A stretch of DNA of 64,000 nucleotides from an uncultured delta proteobacterium (GTDB taxonomy: Bacteria > Desulfobacterota > RBG-13-43-22). Both the position numbers and the translations under genes were made by a program. Where the stretch lies: the NCBI GenBank assembly GCA_963790475.1, contig CAWBOS010000015.1:448001-512000 (forward strand). Reading direction: 5' to 3'. Every line of letters begins with the position of its first letter. Within the stretch, counting starts at the first letter, position 1. Shown one piece after another: positions 50,716 to 60,904 of the stretch. Below the pieces are notes generated by a model, which was given only the letters and a program-made list of their open reading frames with translations, was not told the origin of the DNA and searched no databases.

Positions 50716-52458
50716 ATGGACAATAAGGAAGTAGCTCATATCCTCAACGAGATCGCCGTCCTCCTGGAACTTTCCGGAGAAAATTCCTTCAAGATCAGGG
50801 CCTATGCCGAAGGGGCCCGGATCATCGAAGCCCAGGACACACCCGTCTCGGAACTGATTCGTTCCGGAACGCTCTCTCAGATCAAGGGCATCGGCAAGAC
50901 CCTTTCCCTTCAGATCACCCAACTGATCCAAGAAGGTTTCATTTCCTTGCATCAAGAGCTCAAGGCCGCTTTTCCGGAAGGAGTCCGGGAGATGCTCCAG
51001 GTCCCGGGCCTTGGTCCCAAAAAAGTCAAAGACCTGTTTGAAAAGCTGGGGATCAAATCCATCGGTGAACTGGAATATGCCTGCCATGAAAACCGGCTGA
51101 TCACCCTGCCGGGTTTCGGCCCTAAATCCCAGGAAAAGATCCTCCTGGGCATCGAACAATTCAAGCGATTTCAAGGTCGTTTTCTTTTTGGAGAGGTCTA
51201 TCCGCTGGCCGCCACCCTCTTGGAGGAAATAGGTAATCATCCCCAAACCCTCCAGGCTTCTCTGGGTGGAAGCCTGCGGCGGAGAAAAGAAATCGTTAAG
51301 GATATGGACCTGGTGGCCGAAAGCGCACATCCCGAAGAAGTGATGGAGTTTTTCACCACCTTACCGCTGGTCGATCAAATTATAAACCACGGCCCGACCA
51401 AGTCCTCGATTCTGACCAAATCAGGAATCCAGGCCGACTTGAGGATCGTGGGACCCAAACAGTTTCCCTATGCCTTGCATCACTTTACCGGCAGTAAAGA
51501 GCACCATATGATCTTGCGGCCCAGGGCCAAGGAACTGGGCTATAAACTCAATGAATATGGTTTATTTAAGGGAGAGGATATTCTTCCCTGTAAAAATGAA
51601 GAGGATATCTACCGCATCTTGAAACTCGATTATATTCCACCGGAACTCCGGGAGGGCTGGGGGGAAATCGAGGCCGCGGAAAATCATATCCTGCCGGTTC
51701 TGGTGGAAGATAAAGATATCCGGGGGGCCTTTCATTTCCACACCCAATCCAGCGACGGCACCCCTTCCTTATCTCAATGGGTGCAGGCCGCCGACCAGGC
51801 GGGTTTAAAATATCTGGGCATTTCCGACCACAGTCAGTCGGCCGCTTATGCCGGAGGATTAAAAATGGATCAGCTGGAAAAACAAGGGGCGGAAATAGCC
51901 GCCTTAAATCAGAAACAAAAAAAGGTCCATCTGTTTTGGGGGATCGAATCCGATATCCTGCCCGACGGATCACTGGATTATTCTGATCAAGAATTGGCCC
52001 GGTTTGATTTTGTCATCGCCTCGGTTCATTCCCGTTTTAATATGACAGAGGCGGAGATGACCCACCGTATCATCCGGGCCATAGAGAATTCCCATACCAC
52101 CATGTTGGGACACCCGACCGGCCGGCTTCTCCTGGCCCGTGACCCTTATCCCGTGGATATGAACCAGGTTCTGGAAGCTGCAGCCCGCAAGGGAGTCATC
52201 ATCGAATTGAACGCCAACCCCCATCGCCTGGATCTGGACTGGCGTTTGATGAAAAAGGCCAAAGAACTGGGGCTGAAAATCGCCATTAACCCCGATGCCC
52301 ATCACTTAGACGGGTTGGCGGATATCGCCTATGGGGTGGGCATTGCCCGCAAGGGCTGGCTAAGTAAGGAAGATGTCTTTAATTGCCTGGATGTCCATCA
52401 AGCGCAGACTTATTTACTCAAATTGAAAAATACTTCAACCCGGCCCCTGTCTCATTAG
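50716..52458 (+). CDS. polX: DNA polymerase X / PHP domain protein
   Basis: HhH repeats, GSLRR, DMD, FTGSKEH, PHP motifs HFH..SDG, SDHS, GHPTGR, NPDAH. Confidence 0.95.
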   Translation: MDNKEVAHILNEIAVLLELSGENSFKIRAYAEGARIIEAQDTPVSELIRSGTLSQIKGIGKTLSLQITQLIQEGFISLHQELKAAFPEGVREMLQVPGLGPKKVKDLFEKLGIKSIGELEYACHENRLITLPGFGPKSQEKILLGIEQFKRFQGRFLFGEVYPLAATLLEEIGNHPQTLQASLGGSLRRRKEIVKDMDLVAESAHPEEVMEFFTTLPLVDQIINHGPTKSSILTKSGIQADLRIVGPKQFPYALHHFTGSKEHHMILRPRAKELGYKLNEYGLFKGEDILPCKNEEDIYRILKLDYIPPELREGWGEIEAAENHILPVLVEDKDIRGAFHFHTQSSDGTPSLSQWVQAADQAGLKYLGISDHSQSAAYAGGLKMDQLEKQGAEIAALNQKQKKVHLFWGIESDILPDGSLDYSDQELARFDFVIASVHSRFNMTEAEMTHRIIRAIENSHTTMLGHPTGRLLLARDPYPVDMNQVLEAAARKGVIIELNANPHRLDLDWRLMKKAKELGLKIAINPDAHHLDGLADIAYGVGIARKGWLSKEDVFNCLDVHQAQTYLLKLKNTSTRPLSH

Positions 52459-52501
52459 GCGAATTAGTCCAACCCTGCTTAACCCCCTTAGTTTTTATAA
52501 A

Positions 52502-52594
52502 CTTGAATTAAGCGCTACCGAAAACAGATACCCTTTATATAAAAAAATGGGTTTCAATGAAATTAAGGAGCAAATGGAAATTAAGATAAATTAG
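52502..52594 (+). pseudogene. C-terminal remnant of a GNAT acetyltransferase cassette gene
   Basis: LELSATENRYPLYKKMGF..stop ends at the attC R'' box. Confidence 0.55.
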
Positions 52595-52652
52595 GCTAAC
52601 AACTGCTTAAACTTCACAACGCTACGCGTTGCAAGTTTAGCAAATGTTATGC
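52594..52652 (+). other. Integron attC site
   Basis: GGCTAAC..TGCTTAAACTT..CAACGC-TAC-GCGTTG..AAGTTTAGCA..GTTATGC; 59 bp with an extrahelical base. Confidence 0.75.
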
Positions 52653-52720
52653 CTACAATATCATTGACAATATCATTGAATATAGTTATTCTGTGATAAG
52701 AATACAATAGGCACACCTTT

Positions 52721-52999
52721 ATGAAATATTATGATTGGAATGATGACAAAAATGAGCTTCTCAAGAATTTGCGAGGGGTGTCGTTTGAGCAAGTGGTCTT
52801 GGCAATTGTTTCCGGAGACTTGGTTGACCGCGTAAAACATCCAAACCCGGAAAAATACCCAAATCAGAGAATATTCTTGGTGAAGATCGAGGATTATATA
52901 TACTCGGTACCGTATGTCGAAGACGAGGAGAAAATATTCCTAAAAACAATAATACCAAACGGCAAAGCAACAAAGAAGTATTTGGGAGGCATGAGATGA
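52721..52999 (+). CDS. BrnT-like toxin
   Basis: YDWNDDKNELLK..RGVSFE..HPN..YPNQ..FLKTIIP; own promoter TTGACA-N17-TATTCT. Confidence 0.85.
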   Translation: MKYYDWNDDKNELLKNLRGVSFEQVVLAIVSGDLVDRVKHPNPEKYPNQRIFLVKIEDYIYSVPYVEDEEKIFLKTIIPNGKATKKYLGGMR

Positions 53000-53322
53000 A
53001 AAGAGCGCAATACATCGATAAAGAAGAAATGGAACTTGCAAGATCACTCGAAACCGAAGATTGGATTTCTGATCTTTCCAAGAGAGAGAAGAAACGGTAT
53101 GAGGAATATTCCCGCAACAGCTTGACAAAGCAAAAAAGGATCAACATCAGGATGACAGAGCGGGACCTGAAGAAAATCCAGGCAAAGGCGATTGAGGAAG
53201 GTCTCCCCTATCAATCCCTCATCTCTATGTTAATTCACAAATTTAACGAGGGAAAAGTATCCATTCAAGAATGGCATAACAAGGCCATGCACCCGACCGC
53301 CGAAAAAACAGGCTCCGTGTGA
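52996..53322 (+). CDS. RHH/CopG-type antitoxin
   Basis: RINIRM..AIEEGLPYQSLISM; C-terminus reads through a degenerate attC. Confidence 0.82.
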   Translation: MKRAQYIDKEEMELARSLETEDWISDLSKREKKRYEEYSRNSLTKQKRINIRMTERDLKKIQAKAIEEGLPYQSLISMLIHKFNEGKVSIQEWHNKAMHPTAEKTGSV

Positions 53323-53335
53323 TGTCTGCGTGTCC
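53274..53335 (+). other. Degenerate attC site
   Basis: GCATAAC-AAGGCCATGCACCCGACCGCC left arm; decayed right arm GTGTGATGTC without a GTT core. Confidence 0.5.
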
Positions 53336-53459
53336 AACAAATTTGGCCTCGGCTCAGCACCGAGGTTTTGATAGGCAAGCACATAACCTTGATGGTTGAT
53401 TACCTTTGAACCAATTAAGGCGCTAAGTTAGTTGGAACATTATTTAGAAACAGAGCTTG

Positions 53460-53589
53460 AGAATCGCCAGGGAACTTATTTCGAGTGTTTTATAAAGTGA
53501 ACCGGGAAGAGTATCAGGTTGAAATATTAGCAATTGGTATCAAAAGGGGAAACCGGCTAAATGTCGGTGGACAGGAGTATGAGATATGA
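53460..53589 (+). pseudogene. 5'-truncated RelE/ParE toxin
   Basis: FRVFYKV..VEILAIGIKRGNRL..GGQEYEI-stop overlapping the Phd ATG. Confidence 0.65.
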
Positions 53590-53852
53590 GAATAGCACCC
53601 ATAGCCGACGTTAAGGCAAAGTTCAGCGGATATATAAAAGAAAGCCGGCAAGGGCCGGTGGTGGTTACAAAAAACGGTAAACCTATAGCGATGCTATTGT
53701 CTGTAACGGACGAGGAAGAAATCGAAAGGTTGATATTGGCGTACTCGCCGAAGTTTCAGAGGTTATTGAAAAAAGCAGAGCAACAAATTCGAGAAGGTAA
53801 ATGTCAAAAGCATGATGATTTTTGGCGTGAAGTCGCCTCAGGGCAGGCATAA
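53586..53852 (+). CDS. Phd/YefM antitoxin
   Basis: IADVKAKFS..PVVVTKNGKPIA. Confidence 0.88.
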   Translation: MRIAPIADVKAKFSGYIKESRQGPVVVTKNGKPIAMLLSVTDEEEIERLILAYSPKFQRLLKKAEQQIREGKCQKHDDFWREVASGQA

Positions 53853-54334
53853 TAGCAGTGAAAAGCCGCCGAACCACTCACTTTCCCTGATCCCGCCCTC
53901 AGGGGGATTCTCGAAGATAGAATAGGTTTTCGCAAATCCCGAGGTGATCATGATCTCATCCGCATGGTAACTTAGCAGGGGCGTTGCCCCTATTCGCGTC
54001 CATGTCCCGGTCGGCGCCGCCGCAGGAGGCGCCACGAGGCCATTGGACAGCGAAGTCACTTGCTTGCACGGGCCTTCGGCCTCGCAAGCTGCAAGCCATG
54101 CCGCATGTCGAGCGTATCGGGTGTCAAATCTTAAATGTACTTAAGATTATTTCCGGCAAAATCATTCTCGTCCCAGGGGTGGAGAATTCAGTCATGGCTT
54201 CATTCATCCCGAAGGCAACTATTATCATCAAATTATTAAAATCTTAATCCACCTCTTCGTCCTTAATGCCTCGGATCTGTAAAGATTGGGACTGATTTTG
54301 ATAAGCAAACCGAATGGACTATGAATCTATGTCC

Positions 54335-54362
54335 TTGACAGATGGTGGCAATGGCATATAAT
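54335..54362 (+). promoter_or_regulatory. sigma70 promoter of dinJ-yafQ
   Basis: TTGACA-N16-TATAAT. Confidence 0.7.
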
Positions 54363-54452
54363 ATGCTATAAAAGATTCTCAAACCGGTCCGACCGTTTTT
54401 GTTCAATCTCGGGTGGACCATTTCTGTTGCGCTAAGGAGAGGAGGTAAGATC

Positions 54453-54716
54453 ATGGGAACAACCAAAACAGCTACCGCCCGGGCCTTGATCGATCCAGAA
54501 GTTAAAAGGGAGGCGGAATCCATACTTAAGGAATTGGGACTTTCGATTTCCAATTCAGTGGAACTGTTTTACCGGCAAGTGGTGGCTCAAAGGGGCTTGC
54601 CTTTTGAATTGCAGGTGCCAAACAAAAAAACCATGAAGGCCCTCCGGGACTCTCGAAAAGGAAAGGGTCGCAAGTTTTCGACCACGGAAAAACTTTTTAA
54701 AGACCTGGGTATCTGA
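54453..54716 (+). CDS. dinJ: RelB/DinJ antitoxin
   Basis: IDPEVKREAESIL..LGLS..GLPFEL..PNKKT; GGAGG RBS. Confidence 0.85.
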   Translation: MGTTKTATARALIDPEVKREAESILKELGLSISNSVELFYRQVVAQRGLPFELQVPNKKTMKALRDSRKGKGRKFSTTEKLFKDLGI

Positions 54717-54720
54717 GGTC

Positions 54721-54990
54721 ATGCGCTCCATCAGACGGGAGGCCCAATTCAAGAAAGATGTCAAGCCACAGCTTAAGCGCGGTAAAAACCTCGATAAACT
54801 AAAATCGATTATTGAATCTCTGGTCGCGGCCGAGGAGTTGCCGGCTCGCAACAAAGATCATCCCCTTAAGGGAACAGTCAAGGATTGTCGGGAGTGTCAT
54901 ATTGAGGGGGACTGGTTATTGATCTACCGCATTGATGGTAGTGCGCTTTGCTTGGTGAGAACCGGATCTCATTCAGACTTGTTTGAATAG
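54721..54990 (+). CDS. yafQ: YafQ-family mRNA interferase
   Basis: FKKD, DHPLKG, RECHI..DWLLIY, RTGSHSDLF. Confidence 0.9.
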   Translation: MRSIRREAQFKKDVKPQLKRGKNLDKLKSIIESLVAAEELPARNKDHPLKGTVKDCRECHIEGDWLLIYRIDGSALCLVRTGSHSDLFE

Positions 54991-55118
54991 TCGAATTATT
55001 GAGCAGGTAAGCCTTGTATTGGTGTCGTCTCCGGTTTTCACTTCGGCCGGCAACACACCGGCCGGCCGTTAATAAATGAACCAGATAAACGAAATCTGCT
55101 TCAAGGTTCAATACCCGA

Positions 55119-56057
55119 TTACTTGGGCTCCAGGGCCTTGACCAAGGCCCTGAGGGTCTTATTATAAGGTGTTTTTGTTTCTGTGCGCTCTCCGTATTCC
55201 ACGAACTTTCCGTTCATAAAATCGATCTCGGTCCTGCGTTTCATTTCGATATCAATAAGCATGGACGGCTTATGATCACCGGCCGATTTCATATATTCCA
55301 GTGCGTAGGGGTAAAAATCCCATCCTAAGGTGATTTCATTGGCCCTGGCCACGGTGACGCACTCTTTGATTAAGGCATCGACGATCTGGAAAACGATGGG
55401 ATCACTCATGGCCTGGGCCATGGTAAGACCGGTAACCGCGCACACGGGATTCATACAGGCATTTAGAATAGCCTTTCGCCAGACCATGGATACGATCTGT
55501 TCGGTATGCTGGGTGATCAAACCGCTCCGGGTGAAGGCCTCGGCAATGGCTATGGCGGCCGGCCGGGAATCCCTGTCCAACTCCTGAATGAAATGGGGGG
55601 GATGATGAAAGGCCATGTGCACTTGTCCCGGCTTTATCAGATGGCACCCGAAATTGACCACGGCCCGCATCACCGCTTTTTTTCCCAATACCTCGCTCAG
55701 CACCAACTCGGTATCGATGCCGTTTTGCCAGCTGACTACATACAATCCCGGGTGATAAAAAGTCTCAATGGCCGAGGCGATAAGAGGCAGGGCATTGGCT
55801 TTCACGGTCAGGATAATGACCTCTGGTGGATCTTTGGAAAGTTCATCGACATGGGAACAGGTATTCGGTATTTTCTGTTGCAGGTGCTCAGCCCCTTCAA
55901 TAACAATCCCGGGATGGCGGGCTGGCTCGGTCAACGCGGTAAAAACATCACAGAGGGTCACCTGATAGCCGGCCCGGGCCAGGAAGGCGGCCACGATGGA
56001 CCCCACCGGTCCTGCGCCGACCACGGCAAATGAATGAGGGGAAAAAATTGAATTCAT
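55119..56057 (-). CDS. panE: 2-dehydropantoate 2-reductase
   Basis: GAGPVG, QNG, WRK..N..N, PSMLID, EIDFMNG. Confidence 0.88.
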   Translation of the reverse strand: MNSIFSPHSFAVVGAGPVGSIVAAFLARAGYQVTLCDVFTALTEPARHPGIVIEGAEHLQQKIPNTCSHVDELSKDPPEVIILTVKANALPLIASAIETFYHPGLYVVSWQNGIDTELVLSEVLGKKAVMRAVVNFGCHLIKPGQVHMAFHHPPHFIQELDRDSRPAAIAIAEAFTRSGLITQHTEQIVSMVWRKAILNACMNPVCAVTGLTMAQAMSDPIVFQIVDALIKECVTVARANEITLGWDFYPYALEYMKSAGDHKPSMLIDIEMKRRTEIDFMNGKFVEYGERTETKTPYNKTLRALVKALEPK

Positions 56058-56075
56058 GATTCCGCCTTATAGAGG

Positions 56076-56531
56076 TTATTTTGGTTTCCCGACAGTCTTT
56101 TCCGAGATTCCAAAGGCTTGGGCATCCAACAGCCGAATGCCCATTTGCTGCAGAACGGGAATGGCCTTGTCGTTGTCACTGAATCGAAATATGACCATGG
56201 CCTTGCCTGAAGAAAAGCCTATAGATGAATACATGTAGGTAATATTGACATTGGCCTCTAATAGAGGTTTTAATACTTCGGCCAGGCTTCCGGGATAATC
56301 GGCGATCTCAGCAGCGACCACCTCGTCCACTCTGGCTGGGAAATTTTTTTTCATGAAAATCCGCCTGGCTGTGGCCACATCGGAGACCAGGAGCCGCAGG
56401 ACGCCGTAGTCGCCGATATCGGCCAGGCTGAGGGCCCTCAAATTTATTCCGGCGGCCCCCAAGGCCTGAGTCACTTCATACAGCCGGCCGGGGGAATTCT
56501 CGATAAATATGGAAATCTGTTTCAGTTTCAT
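56076..56531 (-). CDS. Tandem ACT-domain protein
   Basis: KQISIFIENSPGRL..GINLRALSLAD..GVLRL. Confidence 0.9.
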   Translation of the reverse strand: MKLKQISIFIENSPGRLYEVTQALGAAGINLRALSLADIGDYGVLRLLVSDVATARRIFMKKNFPARVDEVVAAEIADYPGSLAEVLKPLLEANVNITYMYSSIGFSSGKAMVIFRFSDNDKAIPVLQQMGIRLLDAQAFGISEKTVGKPK

Positions 56532-56804
56532 GTGCCCTCCCTGGTGGTTTCATCCCCTGCCCTCCTTTTCCTTCTTTCACAGTGCAGGTATTACCAAATA
56601 ATCCCTTGGTTCTTTCAAGACGGTGGCGATATTTCAAAGGCGAAAAGGTTTTGTCGACCGTTGGTAATAATAATATTTCCAATTTCAATAATTCTTTTCC
56701 ACTTGTTTTATATTTTTCGTAAAGGAAGGTTTCGTGTAATGTTAAGGTTAAGTTTACCATAGTTCGATTCTGGTAGAAAACAAAAAATAAAAACAGGGAA
56801 GGTT

Positions 56805-56963
56805 ATGACCTTTAACGAAAAAGTGATTCATATCCTTAAAGGCCTCAGCCAAGCCTATCCGCAAGCGCATATGCCCCTGCATTATCAAAACCCTTTGGAA
56901 ATCCTGATTGACACCATCCTTTCCGCTCAGTGCGCGGACAACCTGCACCTTCGGCGTTTTTGA
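56805..56963 (+). pseudogene. nth: Endonuclease III N-terminal fragment
   Basis: YPQA..LHYQNPLEILIDTILSAQCAD, then a frameshift/stop; the remainder is absent. Confidence 0.75.
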
Positions 56964-57323
56964 AAAATACCGGCCGAAGCCCCAAAAGCCCTAGCAAAAG
57001 TGTTGTCTCCGGTTTTCACTTCGGCCAGCAACACCGGCCGCCGTCGATCATGCCAGGAAATCAACTTCATTGTTTATCAAGTGAATGTGTTAAAAAGCGG
57101 ATGCCGTAGAAATTTTTATTCCTTCTTTAGGGGAAAAAGGCCTTCTTGTAACCAAGATGTTTCCTTTTATGAAAGAATGACTAAATAAATAATTGAACAA
57201 GCTCAACAAAGATTATTGATTTATTCTTCTCAAAATGCTTAATTATCAAATTAGTAGGATGTAACTTTGACACGATCTCAAAGATCATCTTTCTGCTATT
57301 TATAAACAAAGGAGGAAATAAGG

Positions 57324-59030
57324 ATGCGAATACTGCGGGTTAATATGACGAAACCGGAAGCAGTTCTTGAAGACCTACCTCAGGATTGGATGATTGTCGG
57401 AGGCCGCGGCCTTTGCGACCGAATCTTGAAGGCTGAAGTTCCACCCCAATGTGATCCCCTCGGCCCGGAGGCGAAATTGATAATCGCCACAGGCCCACTG
57501 GCCGGGACCCTGGCCCCGTCCTGCGGCCGGATCTCCGTGGGGGCCAAGAGCCCTCTCACCCTGGGAATCAAAGAAGCCAATTCAGGAGGCCCAGTGGGCC
57601 AGAAGATGGATAAATTGGGGATCAGGGCCATCGTCGTTGAAGGTTCGCCTGCAAAGGATAAAATCTATCTCCTGAACATCTCTAAGGATGGCGCAGCGAT
57701 CGAGCCGGCCGACCAGTATCGAGGAATGAAAAATTACGAACTTGCGGACGCGCTGTACAAGAAATTTGACAAAAAGTCCTCGATCATATCCATCGGAATC
57801 GGCGGGGAACGACTCTGGAAATCATCCAGCGTGGGTTTTACCGATACGGAAGGACACCCTGCCCGACATGCTGCCCGAGGCGGTCTAGGGGCGGTGATGG
57901 GGGCCAAAGGCCTTAAGGCCATTATTATTGACGATCAGGGGGCGGCGGCCGTGGATATTGCCGCCAAAGAGTCCTTCAGAGAAACTATAAAAAATTGGGC
58001 TGAAGTGTTAAAAGCAGATCCCCAGGCCCAGGGCATGATGAAGTATGGGACTCCGGCGGGAATCGCTCCCTTGCGGTCTATCGGTTCGGCCCCTTCCAAG
58101 AATTACAGCAGCGAGCAGACCGAGGGTTTCGAAAATCTTGCCGGCCCGGCCTTTGAGAAGGTAAACCAGGAAAGAGGCGGCGGCTTGAAAGGATGTATGC
58201 CGGGGTGCCTCATCCGTTGTTCCACTTCCTACTATGGTCCGGACGGGAAATACCTGACCTCAGGCTTCGAATATGAAACTCTCGCCCTTCTTGGCACGAA
58301 CCTGGGCCTGTCCGACCCGGATATAGTGGCGAAACTGGACCGGCTGTGTGATGATCAGGGCCTTGATACCATCGAAATCGGCAGCGCCCTGGGTGTGGCA
58401 GCCAGCGCGGGGAAAATGAACTTTGGTGACGCCGGTTCTGTACTGGCTCTTTTTGATGAATTGGAAAAGGGGTCGGAGTTCGGGAATATCCTGGGCAACG
58501 GCGTCGTTTCCACATGCAAGGCCTTAGGGGTCACCAGAATTCCGGCTTACAAGGGCCAGGCCATTCCAGCCCATGATCCCCGCGTGGCCAAGGCCGCCGG
58601 GGTTACTTATGCGACCAGTCCTATGGGTGCGGATCATACGGCCGGCATCACCTATGAGAAATTCAAGTCCAAGGATGGCCAGGTTGAAAGGTCCCTGAAG
58701 GCCCAGATTATGGCGGCCGCTTTAGATACGTTCGGGTACTGTTCTCTGGCCAGGATTGGAGATGGCCAGGTTCTTCTGAGTTTTATAAAGGACCTCTTGA
58801 ATGCGCGATTCGGACTGGGACTGGAGATCGAAGATCTGGTCAGAATCGGCCGAGAGACCTTGAAAGTCGAACTTGAATTTAACCGGGGGACTGAGTTTCA
58901 TAAGGTACACGATCCCGACCCGGAATTCCTGAAAACCGAACGTTCGGCCCCCATAGGGAACGTCTTTGATGTGGACCCGGATGAGATAAAATCTATTTGG
59001 GAAAAATTAGACAGCACGGTACCGTTTTAA
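57324..59030 (+). CDS. aor: Tungsten-containing aldehyde:ferredoxin oxidoreductase family protein
   Basis: AKSPLT, GAVMGAKGLKAI, CMPGCLIRC, EYET, DDQGLD, GADHT. Confidence 0.9.
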   Translation: MRILRVNMTKPEAVLEDLPQDWMIVGGRGLCDRILKAEVPPQCDPLGPEAKLIIATGPLAGTLAPSCGRISVGAKSPLTLGIKEANSGGPVGQKMDKLGIRAIVVEGSPAKDKIYLLNISKDGAAIEPADQYRGMKNYELADALYKKFDKKSSIISIGIGGERLWKSSSVGFTDTEGHPARHAARGGLGAVMGAKGLKAIIIDDQGAAAVDIAAKESFRETIKNWAEVLKADPQAQGMMKYGTPAGIAPLRSIGSAPSKNYSSEQTEGFENLAGPAFEKVNQERGGGLKGCMPGCLIRCSTSYYGPDGKYLTSGFEYETLALLGTNLGLSDPDIVAKLDRLCDDQGLDTIEIGSALGVAASAGKMNFGDAGSVLALFDELEKGSEFGNILGNGVVSTCKALGVTRIPAYKGQAIPAHDPRVAKAAGVTYATSPMGADHTAGITYEKFKSKDGQVERSLKAQIMAAALDTFGYCSLARIGDGQVLLSFIKDLLNARFGLGLEIEDLVRIGRETLKVELEFNRGTEFHKVHDPDPEFLKTERSAPIGNVFDVDPDEIKSIWEKLDSTVPF

Positions 59031-59332
59031 TTTTGAGTGGTGGACGTCGAAGTCTCATCCCATCGCCTCTTGGAATCCCAGGTCAGGTCCGGGATTCCAA
59101 GCCATGGAAAACAGCTTGCAAATTCTGCCTCCCGGCTTTAGCCGGGAAAATTCAAAGTGCATTCAGATCGGGACCGAGAGGTTTAAATTTAGAATATTGA
59201 CCCGAACCCTCCAACCAGGCCTGTAGTTCAATATTCCAAATCAGTATAAAATCCTGCCAATTGGAAGAGGCCCCCTTTCCCGTAGAACTTCAAGGGTTGA
59301 AATATCTTCCCTAATGCTATATATCTATAGAG

Positions 59333-59507
59333 AGAGTCCTGTAAAAAGTCGTCACCCTGGCGAATCCCGGATCAGGTCCGGGACAGGCGCCGGGGTCCAG
59401 ATGATTCTTACCTAAAAAACACTGGATTCCGGCTGGAGTCTATCCCGCACTTGATGCGGGACCGGAATGACTTAATGTGGGTTTCGGCGACTTTTTATGA
59501 GTTCATC
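59333..59507. repeat. MITE-like element
   Basis: TAAAAAGTCG/CGACTTTTTA terminal repeats enclosing a ...CCGGAATGAC REP-like unit. Confidence 0.7.
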
Positions 59508-59626
59508 TTGTTTGGAGCTTTGTAATGTTCCATTTTGTTCAAGATCCTGGGAAAAAGAACTTTATCCAAGGAGCCTCTTGCAAAACGATAGAAGGCCTTA
59601 TTCTTTAATTCAAGGAGAACCCGTTT

Positions 59627-59875
59627 ATGCCTGATCATGATAACCCCCAACCCAATGAAAAAGGGGATTATTTTTTCGCCGAAATGGAAGAGGGGGAACT
59701 GGTCATGAAGCCCTTTTGTCTATGCGGCAATCCCCTGGCGGAGGATTATTTTTGTGAAAAATGCCGGCGCCAATGCCGTTGCACCGATGTCGTTTGTGCC
59801 GATGAAACCACTTTCCGGTTTATTCAGGATCACCCTCCGTTCAAAAAACTCAGGGTTTTTGTCGCCCCCAAATGA
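59627..59875 (+). CDS. Small Cys-rich hypothetical protein
   Basis: CLCG..CEKC..CRC..C; AAGGAG RBS. Confidence 0.65.
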   Translation: MPDHDNPQPNEKGDYFFAEMEEGELVMKPFCLCGNPLAEDYFCEKCRRQCRCTDVVCADETTFRFIQDHPPFKKLRVFVAPK

Positions 59876-60024
59876 CCACGATTTACAAGGGGTAAGGTTT
59901 AAGGTCAAAAGAAAGTTATTTTCCGGGCGCTTTATCCCTTGTGCCAAGCACTCATAGATTAATTTTCAGACCCATTTGTTGCCTGTCTTAGGCAGGTCTA
60001 AGCGTTTAGAAAGGAAGTGTTGTT

Positions 60025-60882
60025 ATGGAAGAAACCGAACCCACCATTAAACCCGCTGCCCGGGGGGAGGGCATCATGCCCATCCACGGTACCTTCAACT
60101 TTAAATGTGGTCCTGGAGTCGGGTGTTATACCCGGTGCTGCGGCGATGTGACCATTGTTTTGACCCCTTATGATATCCTGCGTCTGAAGAATCGGCTGGG
60201 GATTGCCTCTGAGGACTTTATCGATCAATATACCCTGCCCCTGACCAAAGCGGATTATGGTCTTCCGGTTTTTGTCCTCAAAATGGGAGAAGGCCCGGAA
60301 AAAAGATGTCCCTTTGTCAGTTCCGATAAGGGGTGTTCCGTCTATGCGGAGCGTCCCTGGGCCTGCCGGATGTATCCTTTAGATACCCGAGACGGGGAGG
60401 AAGGGGAGGAAGAATATTTCGTTACGGCCGATCCCAAACAATGTCTGGGCCTTTTAGAAACCCATCCTCAGACGGCGGAAGAATGGGAGAAAGGTCAAGG
60501 GCTGGATGTATATAAGGACGTCGAAGAGCTATTTAATCAAATCACCTCGGCTCAACGGATCTGGGGGGATCACAAATTGGAAGGCAAAGTCCAGGGCATG
60601 GTCCTGCTGGCTTGTTACAACACCGAACGTTTCAGAAAATTTGTTTTTGAAAGCAATTTTTTGAAACTGTTCGACTTGTCCCCGGAGCAAATCGAACTCC
60701 TCAAAATCGATGACCTGGAGTTGTTAAAACTCGGATTCAAATGGCTGCAATTCGGACTCCTTGGAAAGTCAACCCTCCCCATTCGGGAAGAGGTGATTAA
60801 AGCCAAGGAAAAAGAGTTGGGAATCACCCTGCCCAAGGATGACGGTCTTTGGAAGAATCCTGAAATCAAACCCGCCAAATAA
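60025..60882 (+). CDS. YkgJ-family (CxxCC) cysteine cluster protein
   Basis: C..GVGCYTRCC, LTPYDILRLKNRL, CPF, CSVY..RPWACRMYP. Confidence 0.85.
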   Translation: MEETEPTIKPAARGEGIMPIHGTFNFKCGPGVGCYTRCCGDVTIVLTPYDILRLKNRLGIASEDFIDQYTLPLTKADYGLPVFVLKMGEGPEKRCPFVSSDKGCSVYAERPWACRMYPLDTRDGEEGEEEYFVTADPKQCLGLLETHPQTAEEWEKGQGLDVYKDVEELFNQITSAQRIWGDHKLEGKVQGMVLLACYNTERFRKFVFESNFLKLFDLSPEQIELLKIDDLELLKLGFKWLQFGLLGKSTLPIREEVIKAKEKELGITLPKDDGLWKNPEIKPAK

Positions 60883-60904
60883 AAGGATCTGAGTTTCAAG
60901 AACC

